From an uncultured delta proteobacterium (GTDB lineage Bacteria; Desulfobacterota; Desulfobacteria; Desulfobacterales; Desulfosalsimonadaceae), in contig CAWGYD010000004.1 in NCBI GenBank assembly GCA_963826785.1, forward strand, positions 320,001 to 384,000: DNA of 64,000 nt, given 5' to 3'. Numbering within the stretch: the stretch's first letter is position 1; every line of letters starts with the position of its first letter. Below the pieces are notes generated by a model that was not told where the DNA came from, made no database searches, and worked only from the letters and a program-made list of their open reading frames with translations. Shown piece after piece: positions 29,801-38,581 of the stretch. The position numbers and the translations under genes are program-made.

Positions 29801-30176
29801 CGGACTTTTCGTCGCCGGCCTGGCCACCTATCCCAAAATGATCGAAGGTTCGATCTCCCAGGCCAAGGCCGCGGTTTCCCGGGCCAGTGTGATCCTGTCC
29901 AAAAGCCGGATGTCTCTGGATGCGGTCAAAAGTTTTGTCACCGAGGCATGCGACGGGTGCGCCATATGCCTGGATGTCTGTCCCTATGATGCCATTTCGC
30001 TCAAGGAAGAGTCGGTGAACGGGCATGTGGTAAAGAAGGTCAGCACCGAAGTGGCCCTGTGTAAAGGGTGCGGCATGTGCGAGGCCTCCTGTGCCAAGCA
30101 GGGCATCCAGGTGCACAGCTTTACCGACCAGCAGTTAAGGGCCCAGGTGTATGCCGCTCTGGATCTACCCAATTAA
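26862..30176 (+). CDS. hdrA: HdrA-like flavoprotein with two FAD modules, N-terminal HTH and selenocysteine (TGA 27306-27308)
   Basis: [21 protein letters not shown] (Cys position in HdrA); two GGGxAG motifs, two CVGSR..YCSxxCC motifs, ferredoxin motifs; in-frame internal ATG at 27129 with GAGGTG RBS. Confidence 0.92.
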
Positions 30177-30201
30177 ACAAGCGCAATAGGAGAAACAAGC
30201 C

Positions 30202-30633
30202 ATGTCCGACAGCTTTGAACCGAAAATCATCGGTTTTCTCTGCAACTGGTGCGCCTATGCCGGCGGCGATCTGGCCGGGATCATGCGCCTCCAGTATCCA
30301 TCCAATCTCCGTGCCATCCGGGTGATGTGCTCCGGCATGGTCCACCCGAACATCGTGGTCGAAGCCCTGTCCAAGGGGGCCGACGGCGTCATGGTCATGG
30401 GGTGACATCTGGGGGAATGCCATTACCTGGAAGGTAATGAAAAAGCCCTGGCCCGCTCCGAGGTCATTAAAATCGTGCTGGAGGATTCGGGCATCGACCC
30501 GCAGCGGTTTGCCATCGAGTGGGTCTCCTCGGCCGAAGCCCCCCGCTTTGCCGAGGTGGTCACCCGGTTTACGGAGAAGATAAAGGCGCTGGGCCCCGCC
30601 ATGGCGCAGCCGGCGCAAGCCGCGGCCAACTGA
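30202..30633 (+). CDS. mvhD: Hydrogenase iron-sulfur subunit MvhD with selenocysteine (TGA 30403-30405)
   Basis: FLCNWCAYAG, RVMCSG, GADGVMVMG-TGA-HLGECHY; frame continues to WVSSAE. Confidence 0.95.
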
Positions 30634-30652
30634 TCACATTAAACGATAAGGA

Positions 30653-31967
30653 ATGGGGTCAATGAAACTCGATGAAATCAGACTGGGGAAAACCCGTCAA
30701 AGCATATTCAAGGACAAGGTCAGGTCGCTTCTTCCCGACGGCGGAAATCTCAACCTATGCCTGACCTGCGGCGCCTGTTCGTCGGGGTGCCCGGCATCGG
30801 GGCTTTCCGGGATGGATCCGCGCAAATTTTTGCGCATGGCCGCCATGGGGATGGACGAGCAGATTCTGAGCACGGACTGGGCCTGGCACTGCACCATGTG
30901 CCAGCGCTGCATCTATGTGTGTCCCATGAAGATCGATATCCCCCAGCTGGTCTTTCACGTGCGCAATCACTGGCCGCGGGAGAAACGGCCCAAGGGGATC
31001 ATCGCCTCCTGCGATGCGGCCCTGCGGCACGACACCTGCAGCGCAATGGGGGCCTCCGAGGAGGACTGGCAGTTCGTGGTGGAAGACGTGGCCGACGAGG
31101 TCCGGGACAACCAGAAGGGGTTCGAGGATCTGCAGGCGCCCATGGACAAGAAGGGGGCCGAGTTCTTCCTGAACCAGAATTCGAGGGAGCCGGTCACCGA
31201 GCCCGATGAAATGGTCCCCCTGTGGAAGATCCTGAACATGGCCGGGGCGGACTGGACCTACGGCACCAAGGGGTGGGCCGCTGAAAATTACTGCATGTTC
31301 ATGGCCGACACGGAGAACTGGGAAAAAATTGTCCGCACCAAGGCGAAAGCCGTGGACGACCTGGAGTGTAAGGTCTGGCTCAACACGGAGTGAGGGCACG
31401 AATTCTTCGCAGTCCGGGCCGGACTGAAAAAATTCGACATCCCCCACAAGTTTGAAATCAAGAGCATCATCGAATATTACGCCCGGTGGATCCGGGAGGG
31501 CCGGCTCAAGGTCAGCGCCGACTGGAACAAGGACCTGAAGGTGAAATTCACCGTCCAGGACCCCTGCCAGCTGGTGCGCAAAAGCCTGGGCGACCCCATC
31601 GCCGAAGACCTGCGGTTCGTGGTGAAATCGGTGGTGGGCGAGGAAAATTTCATCGACATGACCCCCAACCGCTCAAACAATTACTGCTGCGGCGGCGGCG
31701 GCGGATTCCTCCAGGCCGGATACCCCGAGGCCCGGCGGCAGTTCGGACGGTACAAGTTCGACCAGATCAAGTCCACCGGCGCCGACTACTGCATCACCCC
31801 GTGCCACAACTGCCACGCCCAGATCCATGATTTGAGCGAACATTTCGCGGGCGGCTATTTCACCGTCCATCTCTGGACCCTGATCTGCCTGTCCATGGGT
31901 GTCCTGGGGGAAAACGAACGGGCCTATCTGGGGCCGGATCTGGCCGGAATCGGCTTATCGGCGATAG
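30653..31967 (+). CDS. HdrD-like (4Fe-4S dicluster plus CCG domains) protein with selenocysteine (TGA 31391-31393)
   Basis: CLTCGACSSGCP, CTMCQRCIYVCP, NTE-TGA-GH, QDPC, YCCGGGGG, TPCHNC; the likely stop TAG at 31965 is one base out of frame. Confidence 0.85.
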
Positions 31968-31977
31968 GAGGAAGGTT

Positions 31978-33094
31978 ATGGAAACTTTTTTCGACCTGGT
32001 TCAGGAAGTCCAGAAACCCGGACTGTGCCATCGGTGCGGCGGATGCGTCACCTTCTGTACGTCCGTCAATTACGGGGCGCTGGAACTGGACAAGGACGGC
32101 AAGCCGCGCTACGGGGAAATGGAAAAATGCATCGAATGCGGGCTGTGCTACTCCATCTGTCCGGAAATTGACGAGTACGAAGAGGAGGTCCGCCGCAAGG
32201 CGGCCTGGAGTTCTCCCAACGGCCGGATCATCGAAACCAGCGTGGCCCGGGCCAAAGACCCGGAAATCCTCAAAAGAGCCACGGACGGCGGTGTGGTCAC
32301 GGCCCTGCTGCTGCACCTGTTTAATGCCGGGCGCATCGACGGGGCCATCGTCACCCGCCCCGCCGACCCCCTGCACCGGGAGCCCAGCCTGGCCACCACC
32401 GCAGAAGAGATCGCCGATGCCGCCGGATTTTATTTCGATACCTCCCACGGCATGAAGCGGTTTTCCGACCAGTATGTCACCTACTCCACCATCGAGGAGT
32501 TCGCCCCCATGGTCAAGAAGGGGCTGCGCCGGGTGGCCCTGGTGGGAACCCCCTGCCAGATCAAGGCCTACCGCCGGATGGAGGTGCTGGGAATCGTGCC
32601 GTCCGATTCGGTGAAATTCTGCTTCGGGCTGTTTTGTTCCGGCAATTTCGTTTTCGGGGAGGAGCAGCGGGACCACCTGGCCCGGGAATACCGGTTTGAC
32701 TGGGCCGATGTGAAAAAGCTCAACATCAAGAAGAATTTCATGATTCATTTGAATTCCGGCGGAGATCCGGTCCATCGAACTTGCCGAGCTGGATTTCATG
32801 AAGCGATATGCCTGCAAGTACTGCCCGGACTATTCGGCCGAATTTGCCGATATCTCCTTTGGCGGCATCGGCGCGGAAGAGGGGTGGACCACCCTGATCA
32901 CCCGAACCCCCCTGGGACGGGCGGTTTTTGCCGATGCCAAGGGCACCGCCCTGGAAGAATTCACACGGGACCGGAACCCCAGCTTCGCCACCGACGCCCT
33001 GGCCGCCCTGCGGACGGCATCGGCCCAGAAGAAAAAAAACGCCCGCCAGAACCGGCGGGAACTGGGCAAGAAACCGGTCAACATCAAAAGATAG
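31978..33094 (+). CDS. Coenzyme F420 hydrogenase/dehydrogenase beta-subunit (FrhB-like) protein; one apparent +1 frameshift at 32761
   Basis: N-terminal 2x[4Fe-4S] motifs, ATDGGVVTALL, VGTPCQ, GLFC, then CKYCPDYSAEFADISFGGIG. Confidence 0.88.
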
Positions 33095-33103
33095 GAAAAA
33101 CCT

Positions 33104-34033
33104 ATGCCAGCAAAAGTCGCAAGTGATTGGTTGAATGCCTGCTCGGGCTGCGAAATCGCCATCGTGGACATGGGTGAGCGGTTGCTGACCGTCCTGGAAC
33201 TGGTGGATTTCGTCCACCTGCCGGCGCTGATGGACCACAAGTATTTCGGCCAGATGGGAGACGGTCAGCATGTGACCATCCCCGAAGCCGACGTGGGCAT
33301 CCTGAGCGGCGGCATCCGGAATGCCGAGCACCTGGAAGTGGCCAAAGAAATGCGCAAGAAATGCAAGGCCATCATCGCCCTGGGCACCTGCGCCACCCAC
33401 GGCGGGATTCCGGCCCTGGCCAATTCCTTTAAAAACGAGGACATCTTCACCCGCTACTACGCCACGGAGACCACCGACCAGCCCAACGCGTACCCCACCG
33501 ACGGGGTGCCGGAACTGCTGGATGCCTGCTATTCCCTGGACGAAAAGATCGATGTGGATATCTATCTGCCCGGGTGCCCGCCCCATTCGGACCAGGTGTT
33601 CGAGGCGCTGGTGGCGTTCCTGGAGGGCCGGGCCCCCAAGCTTCGGGACAAGAGCGTCTGCGATACCTGCCCCACCATCCGGAAAGGCAAAGGGGAGGTC
33701 CGCCAGCTCAAGCGGTTTCTGGCGGCCCCGCAGTACGGCGCCCCGGGTGAACCCTTAGACAAGATGCGCTGCCTGCTGGAGCAGGGCATCCTCTGCATGG
33801 GGCCGGTGACCAAAGCCGGCTGCGGCGGCGATGGCGTGACCCCGCGCTGCGTTTCCGCCCGGGTCCCCTGCCGGGGCTGCTACGGCCCGGTGCAAAAGGA
33901 TGGCAACCAGCGGCTGGACATGCTGAATGCCCTGGCGTCAAACGGCATCGATACGGCCTCGCTTCCGGAAACCACCTCCATGCTGCGCTTTTCCGGAGGA
34001 CACCACATGCTGCGGCCATCCATGAAAAGATAA
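33104..34033 (+). CDS. mvhG: F420-nonreducing hydrogenase small subunit
   Basis: WLNACSGCE, GTCATHGGIP, LPGCPP, CLLEQGILCMGPVT, PCRGCYGP. Confidence 0.93.
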   Translation: MPAKVASDWLNACSGCEIAIVDMGERLLTVLELVDFVHLPALMDHKYFGQMGDGQHVTIPEADVGILSGGIRNAEHLEVAKEMRKKCKAIIALGTCATHGGIPALANSFKNEDIFTRYYATETTDQPNAYPTDGVPELLDACYSLDEKIDVDIYLPGCPPHSDQVFEALVAFLEGRAPKLRDKSVCDTCPTIRKGKGEVRQLKRFLAAPQYGAPGEPLDKMRCLLEQGILCMGPVTKAGCGGDGVTPRCVSARVPCRGCYGPVQKDGNQRLDMLNALASNGIDTASLPETTSMLRFSGGHHMLRPSMKR

Positions 34034-34042
34034 GGAGACATC

Positions 34043-35494
34043 ATGACAGCGACGAGAACCATCAAGATATCGCCCATTACCCGGATCGAGGGGCACGCCA
34101 CCATCGCCATCCAGCTGGATGAGACGGGCAATGTGGCCGACTCCAAGGTCCATTTTCAGTCCATCCGCGGGTTTGAAAAATTCGTGGAGGGAAAGCCGGC
34201 CGAAGAACTTCCCCGGATCGTCAACCGGATCTGCGGCATCTGTCCCTGGCATCATCACCTGGCCTCCAACAAGGCCGTGGACCGGTGCTTCGGAGTGACC
34301 CCGCCGCCGGCCGGCCACAAACTGCGGGAACTGGTCCAGACCATCGCCCAGGCCGAGGACAAGCTGCTCCATTTCTTCTTTCTGGCCGCGGCCGATTTCG
34401 TGATCGGACCGGATGCCGACTATGCGGTGAGAAATGTCATCGGCGTGGCCAAGGCCAATCCGGAGCTGGCCACCCAGGTGGTCAAGATGCGCCAGAAAGC
34501 CAAGATGATCATAGAGAAGTTCGCCGGCAAGGCCATCCATCCGGTGGCCGGCGTGCCGGGCGGGTTTTCCAAGCCCATGACCGAAGAGGACCGCAAATGG
34601 ATGCTCTCCGACATGCAGGAGATCTTCGATTTTGCCCGGTTCACCATCGATTTTGCCAAGGCCGAGGTGTTCCCCAAATATCTGGATACCATCAAGGTGC
34701 TGGGGGTGATCAATACCGGGTTTATCGGCACGGTGGACAAGGACGGGGCCTTGAACCTCTATGACGGCATGCTCCGGCTGATGAAGCCCGACGGCACCTA
34801 TACCGATTTTGACGTGCAGGACTACACCGATTACCTGGGCGAGCACGTCCCCTCGTGGTCCTACGGCAAGTTTCCCTATGCCAAGTCCTGGGGGGAAGGC
34901 TTCTCCCTGGACCTGGAGCGGCCCAAGGGGATCTACCGGGCCAACACCCTGGCCCGGATCAACGTGTGCGACAAGATGGCCACCCCCGCCGCCCAGGCGG
35001 AACTGGAAGAATTCCGGTCCCTGTTCGGCCGGCCGGCACAGGCCACCCTTTTATATCACTATGCGCGGCTGATCGAGGAAGTCTACGCCTGCGAGCATGC
35101 CATCGAGCTGCTCAACGACCCGGAAATCACCGACCCCAATGTCCGGGCCAAGGTCGAACCCCGGGCCGGCCGGGGCGTGGGATGCGTGGAGGCCCCCCGG
35201 GGCACCCTGATCCACGACTATTCCACCGACGAAAACGGAATGATCACCCGGGCCAACCTCATCGTGGGCACCACCCACAATCTCGGCCCCATCAACATGA
35301 GCGTGGACCAGGCGGCCAGGTTTCTGATCAAGGACGGAGTGGTGGATGAAGGGATTTTAAACAAGGTGGAGATGGCGGTGCGCGCCTACGACCCATGAAT
35401 CAGCTGCGCCACGCACCGCCTGGACGGCGGTGTCGCCATCGAAGTCACCATCATGGATGCAAACCACAACGTGATCCAAACGTTAAAAAACTGA
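34043..35494 (+). CDS. mvhA: [NiFeSe] hydrogenase large subunit (group 3c type), selenocysteine at TGA 35396-35398
   Basis: TRIEGH, RICGIC, EAPRG, RAYDP-TGA-ISCATH, followed by a C-terminal extension. Confidence 0.95.
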
Positions 35495-35564
35495 TGCCAT
35501 TTTTGCATTCGATCGCTGAGATAAGCATCATTTTGAATTAAATTCAGTCGTTGTTCCTCCGGGT

Positions 35565-35603
35565 AGGCCGCGGACCGTGCGGGAACGCACACCGCGGCCT
35601 TTT
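35565..35603 (+). terminator. Intrinsic terminator
   Basis: AGGCCGCGG/CCGCGGCCT stem followed by a T-run. Confidence 0.7.
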
Positions 35604-35732
35604 AATTTGCTACTTTCTGATTAATGTGAAATTTTAGTCAATGTGCATTCCTTGAGGCGCCGAGGAAAAAAATGAGTTCTTTGCGTCTTGACGGGAGATG
35701 CTTTTCAAAATATCGGATTGGAAAAACCCCTC

Positions 35733-35963
35733 ATGTGCCTGGCCATACCCTCAAAGGTGATTGAAATCATGGACGACCTTGCCGTGATCGACGTGGACGG
35801 CGTTCAGCGCAAAGCCAGCCTGATGCTGCTCGATGATGTGCAGGTGGGCGATTATGTCATCGTTCACGCGGGATATGCCATCAGCAGGCTCGACGAGGCC
35901 TCCGCCCGGGAAACCCTGGACCTGCTGCGCGAAGCGCTGGCCGCATCGGATAAAAATCAATAA
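35733..35963 (+). CDS. hypC: Hydrogenase maturation chaperone HypC
   Basis: MCLAIP, GDYVIVHAGYA. Confidence 0.97.
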   Translation: MCLAIPSKVIEIMDDLAVIDVDGVQRKASLMLLDDVQVGDYVIVHAGYAISRLDEASARETLDLLREALAASDKNQ

Positions 35964-35981
35964 AATGCGCCGTCATATCCC

Positions 35982-37061
35982 ATGAAGCACCTGGAAGAAT
36001 ACCGGGAGCGCGATCTTTCCCGGCAGATCATCGAGCAGATCCGATCGGCGTCCGGGCGGCCAGTCCGCATCATGGAGGTGTGCGGCACGCACACGGTCTC
36101 CATCTTCAGAAACGGCATCCGGTCCGTGCTGCCCGAAACCATTTCCCTGATCTCGGGGCCGGGTTGCCCGGTGTGCGTCACCGACCAGGGCGACATCGAC
36201 GCCTTTATCGAACTGGCCCGAAGGGACAATACCATCATCGCCACCTTCGGCGACCTCATCCGGGTGCCCGGGACCCGATCGTCTCTGGGAAGGGAAAAGT
36301 CGGCCGGAAGAGACATCCGCATCGTCTATTCCACCCTGGATGCCCTCGATCTGGCCCGCCATCATCCGGACAAGCAGGTGGTGTTCCTGGGGGTGGGGTT
36401 TGAAACCACGGCCCCCACCATCGCCGCCTCCATTCTGGGTGCAAGCCGGGAGGGTCTTGAAAATTATTGCGTCTATGCCGCCCACAAACTGGTCCCCCCG
36501 GCCCTGGAGGCACTGGCCGGCAATATCGGCGTCGAAATCGATGCCTTTCTCCTGCCGGGGCATGTGTCCGTGGTTATCGGGACAAAAGCCTATGCCCCTT
36601 TTTTTGAAAAATACCGCATCCCCTGCGTGATCGCCGGGTTTGAGCCCGCAGACATCCTTTATGCCATTTACCGGCTGGTATGTATGACCGCCGAGGGCCG
36701 GCCCGCGCTGGAAAATGCCTATTCACGGGCAGTTGCCCCTGAAGGAAATCCCAAGGCCAGGCAAATCATGGAGCAGGTGTTTGACGTCTGCGATGCCCGC
36801 TGGCGGGGGTTGGGCACCATCCCGGACAGCGGCCTGTCCATCCGGAAGGATTTTGCCGCCCATGACGCGGCCCGGCGCTTTGACATCCGCCCCGTGGAAT
36901 CCGCACCGCCCAAAGGGTGCGCCTGCGGCGACATACTGACCGGCCGGATAACCCCCCCGCAATGCCCTTTGTACAAAAAAGCCTGCACCCCGGCCGACCC
37001 GGTGGGGCCGTGCATGGTGTCCAGCGAAGGGACGTGTGCGGCCTATTACCGGTATTCTTGA
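35982..37061 (+). CDS. hypD: Hydrogenase maturation factor HypD
   Basis: MEVCGTHT, GPGCPVCV, GFETT, PGHVS, GPCMVSSEG. Confidence 0.98.
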   Translation: MKHLEEYRERDLSRQIIEQIRSASGRPVRIMEVCGTHTVSIFRNGIRSVLPETISLISGPGCPVCVTDQGDIDAFIELARRDNTIIATFGDLIRVPGTRSSLGREKSAGRDIRIVYSTLDALDLARHHPDKQVVFLGVGFETTAPTIAASILGASREGLENYCVYAAHKLVPPALEALAGNIGVEIDAFLLPGHVSVVIGTKAYAPFFEKYRIPCVIAGFEPADILYAIYRLVCMTAEGRPALENAYSRAVAPEGNPKARQIMEQVFDVCDARWRGLGTIPDSGLSIRKDFAAHDAARRFDIRPVESAPPKGCACGDILTGRITPPQCPLYKKACTPADPVGPCMVSSEGTCAAYYRYS

Positions 37062-37075
37062 GGGGAAGGGCTTAA

Positions 37076-38089
37076 GTGAAAAAAAACGACAAAATTCTCC
37101 TGGACCACGGCAGCGGCGGCAAACTGGCCAATGACCTGATCGCAGAAGTCATGCTGGCCGCCTTTGACAATCCCTATCTTTCGGCGCTAAACGATGGCGC
37201 CGTCCTTGAGGTCGGGGGCGGGCGGCTGGCATTTTCCACGGACTCCTACGTGGTGGACCCGATTTTTTTTCCCGGCGGCAACATCGGCGACCTGGCCATC
37301 AACGGCACGGTCAACGATATCGCCATGTGCGGGGCCTCCCCGATGTACCTGAGCGCCGCCATGATCATCGAAGAGGGATTTCTCCTTTCCGATCTCAAGT
37401 CCATTGTCTCGTCCATGGCCGAAGCGGCCCGGAATGCCGGGGTGAGCGTGGTGACCGGCGACACCAAGGTGGTGCCGAAAGGGGCTGCGGACAAGCTTTT
37501 CATCAACACCTCCGGCATCGGGGTCATCCCGGAAGGGGTGAATATCTCCGGTCATCTCGCCCGGCCGGGGGATCGGGTTATTTTAAGCGGCAGCATCGCG
37601 GACCATGGCATGGCTATCCTGACCCAGCGGGAAGGGCTGTCCTTTGATTCGCCGGTGCGAAGCGACAGCGCGGCCTTGAACCGCCTGGTGGAGCGCATGC
37701 TTGCGGTCACCCGGGAAATCCGCGTGCTGCGGGACCCCACCCGGGGCGGCGCAGCCACGGTGTTAAACGAAATCGCACATCAGTCGAATGTGGGCGTGCG
37801 CATCCGGGAGGACGCCATCCCCGTCAAGAAACCGGTGGCCGGCCTGTGCGAACTGCTCGGCTTCGATCCCCTCTATGTGGCCAATGAAGGAAAACTGCTG
37901 GCCTTTGTTCCCGCAGAACATGCAACGGCGGTGCTATCGGCCATGCGGGCGGATCCCTGCGGCGAGGATGCCTGCATCATCGGCGAAGCCGTCGAAGCAC
38001 ACCCCGGCCGGGTGGTCATGGAAACGCGCATCGGCGGGGAGCGCATCGTGGATATGCTCACCGGCGAACAGCTCCCTCGCATCTGCTGA
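37076..38089 (+). CDS. hypE: Hydrogenase maturation factor HypE
   Basis: HGSGG, GDTKVV, RDPTRGG, C-terminal LPRIC. Confidence 0.98.
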   Translation: MKKNDKILLDHGSGGKLANDLIAEVMLAAFDNPYLSALNDGAVLEVGGGRLAFSTDSYVVDPIFFPGGNIGDLAINGTVNDIAMCGASPMYLSAAMIIEEGFLLSDLKSIVSSMAEAARNAGVSVVTGDTKVVPKGAADKLFINTSGIGVIPEGVNISGHLARPGDRVILSGSIADHGMAILTQREGLSFDSPVRSDSAALNRLVERMLAVTREIRVLRDPTRGGAATVLNEIAHQSNVGVRIREDAIPVKKPVAGLCELLGFDPLYVANEGKLLAFVPAEHATAVLSAMRADPCGEDACIIGEAVEAHPGRVVMETRIGGERIVDMLTGEQLPRIC

Positions 38090-38093
38090 AATA

Positions 38094-38555
38094 CTAATAA
38101 TTTATAATTCCCATTTCTTCCAACTGCTTTCGCAGCTGATGAATGCGCCAGCGGTTTACGCCAAAATCAAACAAGGCGATCATCGAGGAGGATCGCACCG
38201 ATACGGTGCCCTGATCCGGATGGAGCAGCAGTTCGAGATGGTCGACAAACCGGAATACCCGGCTTCTGCACTTGGCGTGGATATAAACGCCGCCTTCCTC
38301 TACGATTTCCGTGCGCGGGAGATTGGCCACCACCTCCCTGATCCTGGGCCATGCCGCTTCGGGGGAAATGGCCAGCTCAAATGGCGGGGTCCGGTTATAT
38401 AGAACCCATGTGGTGCTCGAAACACAGTTTGGCAGCGGATAACAGCCGTCTAATGCCGGATGGTCCCCGTCAAGCCCTGTCACATGCTTGCCCGTGCATC
38501 CCAGGATCACCAGACACACCATCACCAGAGCAACCGTTTTCAGCCGGTCGTTCAT
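38094..38555 (-). CDS. DUF1499-like lipoprotein
   Basis: Lipobox ILGC; C...PNCVSS, FRFVD.LE, DFGVNR.R. Confidence 0.85.
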   Translation of the reverse strand: MNDRLKTVALVMVCLVILGCTGKHVTGLDGDHPALDGCYPLPNCVSSTTWVLYNRTPPFELAISPEAAWPRIREVVANLPRTEIVEEGGVYIHAKCRSRVFRFVDHLELLLHPDQGTVSVRSSSMIALFDFGVNRWRIHQLRKQLEEMGIINY

Positions 38556-38581
38556 TCTTCATGCCTTTTTTTTGCAGCCGT

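Noticed and set aside
31968..32455. C-terminal extension of ORF 31541..32455
   Set aside because: Overlaps the FrhB-like gene out of frame and has no recognisable motifs; likely read-through caused by a one-base insertion before TAG 31965
27306..35398. hdrA, mvhD, hdrD-like and mvhA as nonsense pseudogenes
   Set aside because: All four stops are TGA at conserved Cys positions with downstream hairpins; selenocysteine is the simpler explanation
35624..35641. Rex operator upstream of hypC
   Set aside because: Only one half-site (TGTGAA) matches well
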